64,000 bases of DNA from Thermoanaerobaculia bacterium. Its GTDB lineage: Bacteria > Acidobacteriota > Thermoanaerobaculia > UBA5066. The notes beneath the pieces were generated by a model. The model saw only the letters and a list, made by a program, of their open reading frames with translations, searched no databases and had not been told where the DNA came from. Positions 8,955-17,956 of this stretch are shown one piece after another. Within the stretch, counting starts at the first letter, position 1; every line of letters begins with the position of its first letter. The translations under genes and the position numbers were made by a program. The stretch is from NCBI GenBank assembly GCA_963816185.1, contig CAWFJJ010000021.1, positions 53,269 to 117,268 on the forward strand, written 5' to 3'.

Positions 8955-10169
8955 TCACCCGAAAAGGACGCCGAGAAGCCCGCCTGCGAGGACGAGCCAG
9001 GCCGTGTTGATTCTCACGGCCGCGAGAATCGCGACGCTCACGAGAAAGAGCGCGATCGTCGGGCCGTTCGTCAGCGCGGGCCGCGCGAATTGAAGCGTCA
9101 CGGACCCCATCAGCGCGAGCGCCGCGACGTTCACGCCGTCGAGAAACGCACCCAGGACCTTCGACTGCCGCAGCCGGGGCACGAAAGGGCCCATGACGAA
9201 GACCAGGGCGAACGCGGGAAGGAAGATCCCGAGCGTCGCGACCCCGGCGCCCTTCAGACCCCCGAGCACGTAGCCGATGAACGTCGCGGTGGACAGCAGC
9301 GGCCCCGGCGTGAACTGGCCGACGGCGACGGCATCGAGGAGCTGCCCGCTCGTGAGCCAGTGCCAGCGCTCGACGAGATCGGCCTTCAGATAGGCGAGCA
9401 GCACGTAGCCGCTGCCGAACAGCACGGCACCGGTCTTCAGGAAGAAGAGGAAGAGGCTGGTAAGAGAGAAGGGCGAAAGAGGAGCGCCGAGGGAGAAGAG
9501 GGGGACGAAGAGGGATTTCTTGGAAAGAGGAAGAGAAGATTTCCTAGAAAGTGAATTGGGCGGGGCGCCGTCGACGCGCTCCGGCGCGTGCGGCGCAGCG
9601 GCACCGCCGCCTCTTCCCCTTCTAAGAAAATCCTCAGACACCATCGCCAGAATCGAGACACACCCTGAAACGAGCAGCAGGAGAAGCTCGTTGACGAAGA
9701 AAGTGGCGGCAAGGGCGGCGAGTCCCAATGCCAGAAGGAACCGGCTTTTCACCGCCGTGCGGCCGAGGCTGACGAGCGCCTGCGCGATGAGCGCGAGGAC
9801 CACGGGCTTGATGCCGTCGAAGAAATGCGGAAACGCGGGCAGAGAGCCGAAGCGCACGTAGGCCCACGCAAAGGCGGTCACGAGGAAGGTCGCGGGCAGA
9901 AGGAAGCCGACTCCGGCGACGAGAAGCCCCGCCCAACCTCCGCGTGCATGCCCGATGAAGAGCGCCATCTTGGTGGAGTTCGGTCCTGGCGCGAGGTTCG
10001 TCGCACCGAGGAGGTCGAGAAACTCCTCGCGTGTCATCCACGCGCGCCGCGTCACGACCTCGTGCTCCATCATCGAGATGTGGGCGGCGGGCCCGCCGAA
10101 GGCCGTCGCGCCGAGGCGCAGGAAGAGGATGGCGAGGTCCTTCAGGTCGGCGGGGTTCCCTCTCGCCAT
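8955..10169 (-). CDS. chrA: Chromate efflux transporter (long-chain CHR)
   Basis: AFGGP and FGSG motifs with two PGP motifs in duplicated CHR domains; unusually long inter-domain linker. Confidence 0.93.
   Translation of the reverse strand: MARGNPADLKDLAILFLRLGATAFGGPAAHISMMEHEVVTRRAWMTREEFLDLLGATNLAPGPNSTKMALFIGHARGGWAGLLVAGVGFLLPATFLVTAFAWAYVRFGSLPAFPHFFDGIKPVVLALIAQALVSLGRTAVKSRFLLALGLAALAATFFVNELLLLLVSGCVSILAMVSEDFLRRGRGGGAAAPHAPERVDGAPPNSLSRKSSLPLSKKSLFVPLFSLGAPLSPFSLTSLFLFFLKTGAVLFGSGYVLLAYLKADLVERWHWLTSGQLLDAVAVGQFTPGPLLSTATFIGYVLGGLKGAGVATLGIFLPAFALVFVMGPFVPRLRQSKVLGAFLDGVNVAALALMGSVTLQFARPALTNGPTIALFLVSVAILAAVRINTAWLVLAGGLLGVLFG
9514..9632. repeat. Three copies of the dispersed AT-rich motif inside the chrA linker
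   Basis: GATTTCTTGGAAAG (9514 +), GATTTCCTAGAAAG (9538 +), GATTTTCTTAGAAGG (9632-9618 -). Confidence 0.75.
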
Positions 10170-10221
10170 CGTCCCGATTATGGGCGGGCGGCGGCCGGCG
10201 CCGCCGCACTAAGATCCCACC

Positions 10222-12600
10222 GTGATCGGGGAAGTCCTCGCGCACTACCGCATCGCGGAGCGCCTCGGTGAAGGCGGGATGGGAGAGGTCTTCCGCGCCG
10301 AGGACCTCAAGCTCCGGCGACCCGTCGCCCTGAAGGTCCTGCGCGGCGCGGAGGATTCGGAAGGCCGCCTGTTGCGCGAGGCGCGTTTCGCGTCGCAGCT
10401 CAACCACCCGAACATCGCGGTCGTCTATGACGTCGACACCGTGGAGCGCGATGGACGGAGGCAGAGCTTCATTGCGATGGAGTATGTCGCGGGGCGCACG
10501 CTGTCGGCGCTCCTCAAGGAGCGCGCGCCGGATGTCTCCAAATCGGTCGACATCGTCCTGCAGGTCGCCGATGCCCTCGCGGCCGCGCACGCGCGAGGGG
10601 TCGTCCACCGCGATGTCAAGCCCGGCAACATCATGCTGGACGGGAGGGGGCGCGTGAAGGTCCTGGATTTCGGCCTCGCGGCCTTCCGCCCCGTGCCGGG
10701 CGAGGGGAGCGAGACCTGGAGCCCGATCGGCGCTGACCCGACGCGCTCGACCCCCGGCTCCGTGCTCGGGACCGTCGCGTACATGTCGCCCGAGCAGGCC
10801 CTGGGCCGCGACGTCGACGCGCGGACGGACGTCTTCTCGCTGGGCGTCGTGCTCTGGGAGCTGCTCGCCGGCCGGCGGCCGTTCGAGGGCGCGAACACGG
10901 TCGCCGTCATCGACGCGCTGCTTCACGCGGAGCCGCGTTCGCTGACGCGGCTCAATCCGGCGGTTCCTCGCGAGCTGGAAACCCTGGTCCTGAAGATGCT
11001 CGCGAAGGAACGCGACCGCCGCACGACGATGCGCGATGTCGCGCGTGAGCTCTCGGCTCTGGCGGGCGGCTCGCCGGGGGCGGTCGCGCCCCCGGTCTCC
11101 TCCTCCCCGGCCGAGAACGCGATCGCCGTCCTCGCGTTCTCCAACATCACGCAGAACGCCGAGGACAACTGGCTCGGAACCGGAATCATGGAGACGGTCA
11201 CCGCCGACATGAAGAACGTGCCCGGCCTTTCCGTGATCGGCTGCGAGCGCGTCTGCGAGGTGGAGAAGCGGCTGACCGGCGAAACGGCGCGGGGCGCGAG
11301 CGAGCTCGCGATCCGGCTCGGGCGCGAGGTGGGCGCGCGGCGCGTCGTGACGGGCGGCTTCCAGAGCGTCGGGGAGGTCATGCGGATCACGGCGCGCGTG
11401 ACGGACGTCGAGTCCGGCGAGGTCGTGACGACCGTGAAGGTGGACGGCGGCCGGAGCGATCTCTTCGCCCTGCAGGACCGGATCGTCACGGAGCTCGCCA
11501 AAGCCATGCACCTCGCGTCGAATCCCGCCGGGAAGGAGGCCGAGGAGACGCACGTGCTCGACGCGTACGAGGCGTATTCCAAGGGCCTCATCAACCTTCG
11601 GGCCGAGAGCCGGGAGTCCGTCGACCGGGCGATCCTCTTCTTCGAGCGTGCCGTGGCCCTCGATCCGCTCTATGCCCGCGCGTGGCTCTCGCTCGGCGAA
11701 GCCTACGAGGTGAAGGCCACGGACCTCGCGATGCCGGAGCTGCTCGAGAAGGCCATGGCGAGCTTCGGAAAATGCCTCGCCCTCCAGCCGCGCCTCGCGC
11801 GCGGGTGGAAGGAGCTCGGGGGCGCGCTCGTGGACATCGGCAGCGTGGACAAGGGGCTCGACGCGATTCGCCGGTCTCTGGAGCTCGACCCGGACGACGC
11901 CGCGGCGCATGCGGCGCTGGCGCGCGCCCACTTCATCGGCACCGGGCGGTTTCAGGACGCGGTGGAAGCCTTCGAACGGGCTCTCGCCCTGAATCCGCAG
12001 GGAGGCTGGTATGCGCTTCAGCTCGCACACGTCTCGGCTCTGCTGAGGGATTTCCCCCGCGCCGAGCGCGCGGCGAGGCAGGCCATCGAGCTCCAGGAGA
12101 GGGGGCTTTCGGGTCGCGAAGGGATCGTCATCGTGGGCTCTTACATGAAGCTCGGGCAGATCCGCGCCCTCCAGGGCCGGCCCGCGGAGGCCCTCGAAGC
12201 GTACGAGAAGGAGCTCTCCTTCCTGCGGCGCGTCGACCACGCGCTGAAGGACCGGGCGGTCATCGAGCTGCACACGCGAATTGGGAGCGCGCATCTCGCT
12301 CTGGGACATCCCGAGGACGCCCGCCGGGCGCTCATGCTCGCCGTCGGGGCCTTCGAGGACCGACTCCGGGCCGGCGCGGACGAGCCGTTTACGCGGTACT
12401 ACGTCGCCGCGGCGTGGGCCCTCCTCGGCGACGCGGAGCGCTCGCTGGACGTCCTCGAAGCCGCGGCGGCGATGCGTCGCGTCTACGTCGTGGAACGCGC
12501 CCGCATCGATCCGGATTTCGAGAGCCTGAGGAGCGAGCCGCGCTTCGTACGGCTTCTCGAAAGGTCACGCGACCCGGCGAACGGGGTGCGCAACCCGTGA
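10222..12600 (+). CDS. Hanks-type Ser/Thr kinase with TolB-N/FlgO-like domain and TPR repeats
   Basis: GEGGMG, VALK, HRDVKPGN, DFG, YMSPEQ; IAVLAFSN domain; TPRs; DPDFESLRSEPRF tail. Confidence 0.93.
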   Translation: MIGEVLAHYRIAERLGEGGMGEVFRAEDLKLRRPVALKVLRGAEDSEGRLLREARFASQLNHPNIAVVYDVDTVERDGRRQSFIAMEYVAGRTLSALLKERAPDVSKSVDIVLQVADALAAAHARGVVHRDVKPGNIMLDGRGRVKVLDFGLAAFRPVPGEGSETWSPIGADPTRSTPGSVLGTVAYMSPEQALGRDVDARTDVFSLGVVLWELLAGRRPFEGANTVAVIDALLHAEPRSLTRLNPAVPRELETLVLKMLAKERDRRTTMRDVARELSALAGGSPGAVAPPVSSSPAENAIAVLAFSNITQNAEDNWLGTGIMETVTADMKNVPGLSVIGCERVCEVEKRLTGETARGASELAIRLGREVGARRVVTGGFQSVGEVMRITARVTDVESGEVVTTVKVDGGRSDLFALQDRIVTELAKAMHLASNPAGKEAEETHVLDAYEAYSKGLINLRAESRESVDRAILFFERAVALDPLYARAWLSLGEAYEVKATDLAMPELLEKAMASFGKCLALQPRLARGWKELGGALVDIGSVDKGLDAIRRSLELDPDDAAAHAALARAHFIGTGRFQDAVEAFERALALNPQGGWYALQLAHVSALLRDFPRAERAARQAIELQERGLSGREGIVIVGSYMKLGQIRALQGRPAEALEAYEKELSFLRRVDHALKDRAVIELHTRIGSAHLALGHPEDARRALMLAVGAFEDRLRAGADEPFTRYYVAAAWALLGDAERSLDVLEAAAAMRRVYVVERARIDPDFESLRSEPRFVRLLERSRDPANGVRNP

Positions 12601-15266
12601 GCCTCACGCAGGGAACCCGGCTTGGCCCCTACGAGGTTCTGAGCCCGCTTGGCGCAGGCGGCATGGGCGAGGTGTACCGCGCGAGGGACTCGAAGTTGGG
12701 CCGCGAAGTGGCGATCAAGGTCCTCCCGGAGGAGTTCTTCGAAGAGGAGGAACGGATCGCCCGCTTCAAACAGGAGGCGAAGTCGCTGGCCGCGGTGAGC
12801 CACCCGCACATCGCGGCTCTCTACTCTTTCGAGGAGATCTCCGGGCGCCACCTTCTCGTCATGGAGCTGGTCGACGGAGAGACCCTGGCGGATCGGCTGC
12901 TGAAGGGGCCGCTCCCTCCGGATCGGGTTTTGAAAACCGGAATCGAGATCGCGTCGGCGCTGGACGCGGCTCATCGAGCGGGCATCATCCACCGGGACCT
13001 GAAACCGGGAAACGTCATGTTGACGAGGTCGGGCGTGAAGCTGCTCGACTTCGGTCTGGCGAAGGCGCTCGCTCCCGAGGGTCCGGTCGAGAGCCTCACG
13101 TCCGCCCCGACGACCGCCCGGGACGTGACGCGCGAGGGAGAGGTCCTCGGCACGCTTTCCTACATGGCGCCGGAGCAGCTGGAAGGGAGAAAGCCCGATT
13201 CGCGTACGGACATTTTCGCTCTCGGCGCGACGCTCTACGAGACGGCGACCAGCAGAAAGGCATTCACGGGAACGAGCCAGGCGTCTCTGATCACGGCGAT
13301 CATGACGTCGGAGCCGCAGGCGATCTCCGCCGTCCAGCCGATGACGCCGCCGGCGCTGGACCGCGTCGTGAAGACCTGCCTCGCCAAGGACCCCGACGAT
13401 CGCTGGCAGTCCGCGCACGACGTCAAGCTCCAGCTACAGTCGATCGCCGACGGCGGGTCACAGGCGGGATTCCCGGCGACTCTCGTCGCTCCGCGCAAGA
13501 GCCGGGGGCGGCTGGCCTGGTCCCTCGCGGGCATCTGCCTGGCTGCCGCGGTGGTTCTCGCCGTCGTTCACTTCCGGCAGGCCCCGATCGAGGCGCGTCC
13601 GACCCGCTTTTCCCTTTTGCCGCCGGAGCAGACGACTTTCGCCATCGGGCCAGCGGCTCCTCAGGCCGCCGTGTCACCCGACGGCCATTACGTTGCTTTC
13701 GCGGCCACGACCTCGGATCGGAAGACTTACCTCTGGCTTCGTCCGCTCGATTCGCTCGCTGCTCAGAAGCTGGCCGGAACGGAGGAAGCAGGCCTTCCAT
13801 TCTGGTCTCCGGATAGTCGCTTCATCGGGTTTTTCGCGCAGGGAAAGTTGAAGAAGATCGACATTTACGGAGGTGCTCCTCAGACCCTGTGCGATGCACC
13901 CGCGGCTAATGGCGGGACCTGGAACCACGAAGGGGTGATTGTCTTCGCCCCGCTTCGTGAAGGCGCACTGGCTCGCATCTCCGCCGCGGGTGGAATTCCG
14001 GCCGCCGCGACGGCACTCGACCGACGTCGGCAGGAGACCGGCCACGCGTGGCCCCAGTTTCTGCCGGATGGCCGCCGCTTCCTCTACCTCGCCTTGAGCG
14101 GACAACGAGAGAACCGCGGCCTCTACGTCGGTTCGCTCGGCTCCGAAGGGCCGCGACGCGTGCTGAAGACCGAAGTGAGGGCAGCTTATACACCCCCGGG
14201 ATATCTGCTCTTCCTGCAGCAGGGGACGCTGATGGCCCAGCGGTTCAATCCTGATCGCTTCCAGCTCACCGGCGAACCGGTCGCCGTCGCCGAAGGTGTG
14301 GCTTACAACTCGTTCAATGGCCGGAACACCTTCAACGTCTCGGAGAACGGCGTGCTCGTCTATCGGACTGGCCGCCCCGGGGGGCTGCCGACGAGCGAGC
14401 TGGTGTGGTTCGATCGCGGGGGAAAGCGGATCGGATCGGTCGAGGGACCCGGCTTGTACCTGCGTCCGGCGCTCTCACCGGACGGAAAACGCATCGCTGT
14501 GGAGCGCCTCGATCCCCGGACGGGGGCCTTCGATATTTGGCTCGTCGACCCGGCACGCTCCAGCGTTCTACGCCTCACGTTCGGTTCGTCCAACCAGACG
14601 CACCCTGTTTGGTCGCCGGACGGGAGTCGGATCGTCTTCACTTCCGACCGAGATGGCACGAGCAACCTGTATCTGAAGAACTCGAGCGGAGCCGGTAGCG
14701 AGGAGCTGCTGCTTCGGTCCGACGCGGCGAAATACGTCATGGACTGGTCTCCCGACGGGCGGTTCATCGCCTATGAGAGGCAGGATCCGAAAACCGGAAC
14801 GGATCTTTGGGTGTTGCCGCTTTTCGGAGATCGCAAACCGGTTCCGTTTCTGCAAACCGGGTCCAACGAAGGTCAAGGGCAATTCTCCCCGGATGGACGA
14901 TGGATGGCTTATGTCTCGGATGAGTCGGGAAGAGGAGAGGTTTACGTGCAGACCTTCCCTCCTTCCGGCGGCAAGTGGCAGATCTCGGCCGCCGGCGGTG
15001 CCTATCCGAGATGGCGGCGCGACGGGAAGGAGCTCTTCTATGTTGCCGCGGGCCAAAAGCTCATGGCGGTGGCGTTGCAGACCGGTTCTACGCTCCAGGC
15101 CGGTCGACCGCAGGCGCTCTGCGAGCCCCGTTTTTTTCAGCCCATAATTCCTTACACCGTTTCAGCCGACGGTCAGCGTTTTCTCGTCAACACTCCTCTC
15201 GAGGAGGACAACTCTTCACCGGTGACCGTGGTCCTGAACTGGACGGCGGAGCTGAAGAAGAGATGA
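12597..15266 (+). CDS. Hanks-type Ser/Thr kinase with one TM and PD40/TolB beta-propeller
   Basis: Start is the GTG at 12597 ([13 protein letters not shown]) overlapping the upstream stop; [20 protein letters not shown]; repeated WSPDG/SPDG. Confidence 0.93.
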   Translation: MSLTQGTRLGPYEVLSPLGAGGMGEVYRARDSKLGREVAIKVLPEEFFEEEERIARFKQEAKSLAAVSHPHIAALYSFEEISGRHLLVMELVDGETLADRLLKGPLPPDRVLKTGIEIASALDAAHRAGIIHRDLKPGNVMLTRSGVKLLDFGLAKALAPEGPVESLTSAPTTARDVTREGEVLGTLSYMAPEQLEGRKPDSRTDIFALGATLYETATSRKAFTGTSQASLITAIMTSEPQAISAVQPMTPPALDRVVKTCLAKDPDDRWQSAHDVKLQLQSIADGGSQAGFPATLVAPRKSRGRLAWSLAGICLAAAVVLAVVHFRQAPIEARPTRFSLLPPEQTTFAIGPAAPQAAVSPDGHYVAFAATTSDRKTYLWLRPLDSLAAQKLAGTEEAGLPFWSPDSRFIGFFAQGKLKKIDIYGGAPQTLCDAPAANGGTWNHEGVIVFAPLREGALARISAAGGIPAAATALDRRRQETGHAWPQFLPDGRRFLYLALSGQRENRGLYVGSLGSEGPRRVLKTEVRAAYTPPGYLLFLQQGTLMAQRFNPDRFQLTGEPVAVAEGVAYNSFNGRNTFNVSENGVLVYRTGRPGGLPTSELVWFDRGGKRIGSVEGPGLYLRPALSPDGKRIAVERLDPRTGAFDIWLVDPARSSVLRLTFGSSNQTHPVWSPDGSRIVFTSDRDGTSNLYLKNSSGAGSEELLLRSDAAKYVMDWSPDGRFIAYERQDPKTGTDLWVLPLFGDRKPVPFLQTGSNEGQGQFSPDGRWMAYVSDESGRGEVYVQTFPPSGGKWQISAAGGAYPRWRRDGKELFYVAAGQKLMAVALQTGSTLQAGRPQALCEPRFFQPIIPYTVSADGQRFLVNTPLEEDNSSPVTVVLNWTAELKKR

Positions 15267-15301
15267 CTCTCGTGCCGCGAAGGGCGTGAGAAGGGCGGTC
15301 G

Positions 15302-16288
15302 TCACGCCCCGAAGTCCACCTCGATCCCGCGACCCGCGGCCCGGGCCCTTTCGAAGGCGACCGACGCGGCCGCCGCGTCCTGGAGCGCCGTGCCCGTGCT
15401 GTCGAAGACGATGACCTCCTCCGCCGAGCGCCGGCCCGGCCTTCCGCCGGCGACGATCTCGCCGAGCTCGGCATGCACGTCCTCGCGCTTGACGAGACCG
15501 CTCGCGAGCGCGTGGTGCAGGTCGCCGAACGCGGCGCACTGCTCCGTCACGTCGGTGACGATCGTGGAGAACGCCATCAGAGAGGGATCCAGCTCCTGCT
15601 TTTCTTCGCTGTCGGCTCCGATCGCCGCGAGAAATGCGCCCGGGCGCAGGGAACCTTCGAAGAGCACCGGTTTCTTCGAAGGGGTGCAGGTGGCGACGAC
15701 ATCGCTCGCTTGCGCAGCGGATCTCAGATCGTGGGCGGCGGTCGCGCGGAGTCCCAGCTCGGTACCCATTTCTTTCGCGAAGTGACGCGCTCGTTCTTCC
15801 TTTTCATCGAAGCAAGAAACATGTTCGAAGGAAAACAAGCGCGCCAGAGCGCGGAGTTGAGCTCGCCCTTGTACCCCGCAGCCGCAGATCGCGACGGTCT
15901 TCGAGTCGGGCCGGGCGAGGTATTTCGCCGCGACCGCCGTCGCCGCCGCCGTCCTCAGCCTCGTGATCGCGATCGAATCCATGACCGCAAGGGTCTCGCC
16001 GGTCTCGCCGTCGGCGACGACGATGACGCCCTGGATCCTAGGCAGTCCGAATCTTTCGTTCTCGAAGAAGTTCCCGTTGACTTTTGCCGCGAAAAAGGGA
16101 GTCGGGCCGCCGAGGATCCCGGCCTTGATGTGAAACCCGCCGCCGGCCGCCCTTACGCCGAGCGCTCCCGGCCGCGGCGCCTCACCGGCCCCGTATCGGC
16201 GAAAGGCCTCCTCCACGGCCTGGAAGCAGGAGTCGAGGTCGAGCAGGCTCTCGACGTCGCTCCGTGAGAGGACGAGGGTCTTCGTCAT
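15302..16288 (-). CDS. Ornithine cyclodeaminase/mu-crystallin family (alanine dehydrogenase-like)
   Basis: ITRLRTAAA, GCGVQG, AIGAD, FDSTGTALQD; ATG 16288 overlaps the pepE stop. Confidence 0.9.
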   Translation of the reverse strand: MTKTLVLSRSDVESLLDLDSCFQAVEEAFRRYGAGEAPRPGALGVRAAGGGFHIKAGILGGPTPFFAAKVNGNFFENERFGLPRIQGVIVVADGETGETLAVMDSIAITRLRTAAATAVAAKYLARPDSKTVAICGCGVQGRAQLRALARLFSFEHVSCFDEKEERARHFAKEMGTELGLRATAAHDLRSAAQASDVVATCTPSKKPVLFEGSLRPGAFLAAIGADSEEKQELDPSLMAFSTIVTDVTEQCAAFGDLHHALASGLVKREDVHAELGEIVAGGRPGRRSAEEVIVFDSTGTALQDAAAASVAFERARAAGRGIEVDFGA

Positions 16289-16989
16289 GGCGCGAGCCAT
16301 CCTCCCACGTCCGCGACGGGAATCGTTTCCACGGGCAGCTTCCCTTTTCGGAAGAGGCGAGCACCCGCCGAGCCTTTCAGGACGACTGAGGCGCCTTCCA
16401 CGCGCAGCATCGCGCCCTCGCGGAGGCCGGCGACCGGCGTTTCGCTCTCCTCGTGGAATTGGAGGATCCGCTCTTCCTGGGTTTCCCCCATGTGCGTAGA
16501 TCGGGGATCGGGGTCGAGAAAGTGGGGGCTGAGCTGGAACGGCACGAGGGAGAGCGCGTCGAAGGACGGCGGCTCGACGATCGGCATGTCTTTCGTGGTC
16601 CGAATCGTGGGGCCGGCGACGATCGCGCCCGCGCTCGACCCGATGAATGCCATCCCGCCCTCGACCCTGCGCCGGATCGGAGCGAGGAGATACGCGCCGT
16701 AGAGAGCCTTGAGGAGACGAAACGTATTGCCGCCTCCGACGAAGATGGCTTCAGCCGACACAACTGCACCTTGCGGATCCGGCTCCTCGTGGACGGAGGT
16801 CAGGGCGATGCCCATCGAACCGAGGCGGCCACGCACCTTCGCAGCGTATGCGTCGACGTCGTGGAGGGCGTACGGTACGAAGAGGACCGTGCGGACACCG
16901 TCGAGCACGTCGCGAATCTCCTCCTCGGCGTGGTCGAGATAGCCGCGGCCGAAGAGCGTCGAGCTGCTGATGAGGAGGACGTGGGCCAT
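16285..16989 (-). CDS. pepE: Dipeptidase E (peptidase S51)
   Basis: LLISSST, FVPYA, GGGNTF, catalytic GSSAG, PH, HMGET. Confidence 0.93.
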   Translation of the reverse strand: MAHVLLISSSTLFGRGYLDHAEEEIRDVLDGVRTVLFVPYALHDVDAYAAKVRGRLGSMGIALTSVHEEPDPQGAVVSAEAIFVGGGNTFRLLKALYGAYLLAPIRRRVEGGMAFIGSSAGAIVAGPTIRTTKDMPIVEPPSFDALSLVPFQLSPHFLDPDPRSTHMGETQEERILQFHEESETPVAGLREGAMLRVEGASVVLKGSAGARLFRKGKLPVETIPVADVGGWLAP

Positions 16990-17017
16990 GGGTCTCGTGC
17001 GGCGGGCGGCCACGCTG

Positions 17018-17065
17018 GTTATCTATCAGATAACAGTTAATTATGTCAACTGCTATAATAACATG
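17018..17065 (+). promoter_or_regulatory. AT-rich promoter island: extended -10 plus two inverted repeats
   Basis: TGcTATAAT 17051-17059; GTTATCT-atc-AGATAAC 17018-17034; CAGTTAA-ttatg-TCAACTG 17034-17052; TTGACA on the minus strand. Confidence 0.7.
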
Positions 17066-17129
17066 ACGGGGGGGAGGGGGTCGCGGAATATTTTTCGAAC
17101 CCGGAGGATATTCTCGACGAGGCGGTTTG

Positions 17130-17915
17130 ATGTCGTCCTGTTTGTCCTTTCTTTCCAAGAAGATCTCTCTGACGGCGGCGCTCGTGCTCCTCGCCGGCTC
17201 GACACGCGGCGAGGGATCTCCGTCCGCCCGCGTCCCTGTCCTGGTCGAGCTGTTCACGTCAGAAGGCTGCTCGAGCTGTCCGCCCGCCGACGCTGCGCTC
17301 GCGCGTCTCGAGCGGACGCAGCCGGTCACCGGCGCCGAAATCGTCGCGCTGTCGCTGCACGTCGACTACTGGAACCGGCTCGGCTGGGCCGATCCGTTCT
17401 CGTCCGCCTCGTTCAGCGCGCGCCAGAGCGGCTACAGCCGCGCGTGGGGCGTGGACCGCGTCTACACGCCGCAGATCGTCGTGGATGGCCGCGTCGAGCT
17501 TCTGGGAAGTGACGAGGCCAAGGCTCGTCGGGTCGTCGAAGAAGCTGCGCGTCTGCCGAAGGCCGCGATCGAGCTCGCTTCGGCCCAGTCGGGAGGCCAT
17601 GCCGCGCTCCGGATTCGAGTGCGCGCCCTGCCGTCCGTGACGCCAGGCGATACGGCCGAGCTTCTCCTCGCGATCACGGAAGACCGGCTCGCGAACGACG
17701 TACCGCGGGGCGAGAACGCGGGACGGCGACTCGTTCACAGCGCCGTCGTGCGAGATCTCGCCGTCGTCGGTCCGCTCCAGCCGGGCGCTCCTTTCGAGAC
17801 GCAGCGTCCGCTACACCTCAAGGCGAACTGGAAGAGAAACGCGCTTCACGCCGTGGTCTTTGTTCAGGAGAGAAGGAGCCGGAAGGTTCTGGGCGTCGCG
17901 CGAATATCAATTTAG
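17130..17915 (+). CDS. Secreted DUF1223 thioredoxin-like protein
   Basis: Signal peptide, VELFTSEGCSSCPPAD, HVDYW, YTPQ, RGENAG. Confidence 0.9.
   Translation: MSSCLSFLSKKISLTAALVLLAGSTRGEGSPSARVPVLVELFTSEGCSSCPPADAALARLERTQPVTGAEIVALSLHVDYWNRLGWADPFSSASFSARQSGYSRAWGVDRVYTPQIVVDGRVELLGSDEAKARRVVEEAARLPKAAIELASAQSGGHAALRIRVRALPSVTPGDTAELLLAITEDRLANDVPRGENAGRRLVHSAVVRDLAVVGPLQPGAPFETQRPLHLKANWKRNALHAVVFVQERRSRKVLGVARISI
17151..17165 (-). repeat. Dispersed AT-rich motif copy in a signal-peptide region
   Basis: GATCTTCTTGGAAAG on the minus strand with purine-rich flanks. Confidence 0.65.
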
Positions 17916-17956
17916 GGGGAGGCCGGGATTTCAGGAAGCGCGCTAGTCTTTCTCAT

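Noticed and set aside
9634-12309. Long antisense or alternate-frame ORFs (also 3447-5330, 18601-20847, 22988-26062, 43580-46501, 48821-50938, 52103-55408, 57758-59821)
   Set aside because: Arg/Pro/Gly-rich translations without motifs, overlapping clear genes; expected in high-GC DNA.
11682-12596. Apparent 300-aa N-terminal extension of the second kinase
   Set aside because: Out-of-frame overlap with kinase 1; the real start is GTG 12597.
13670-15180. Repeated (W)SPDG-encoding segments
   Set aside because: Ordinary PD40 beta-propeller protein repeats, not a DNA repeat element.
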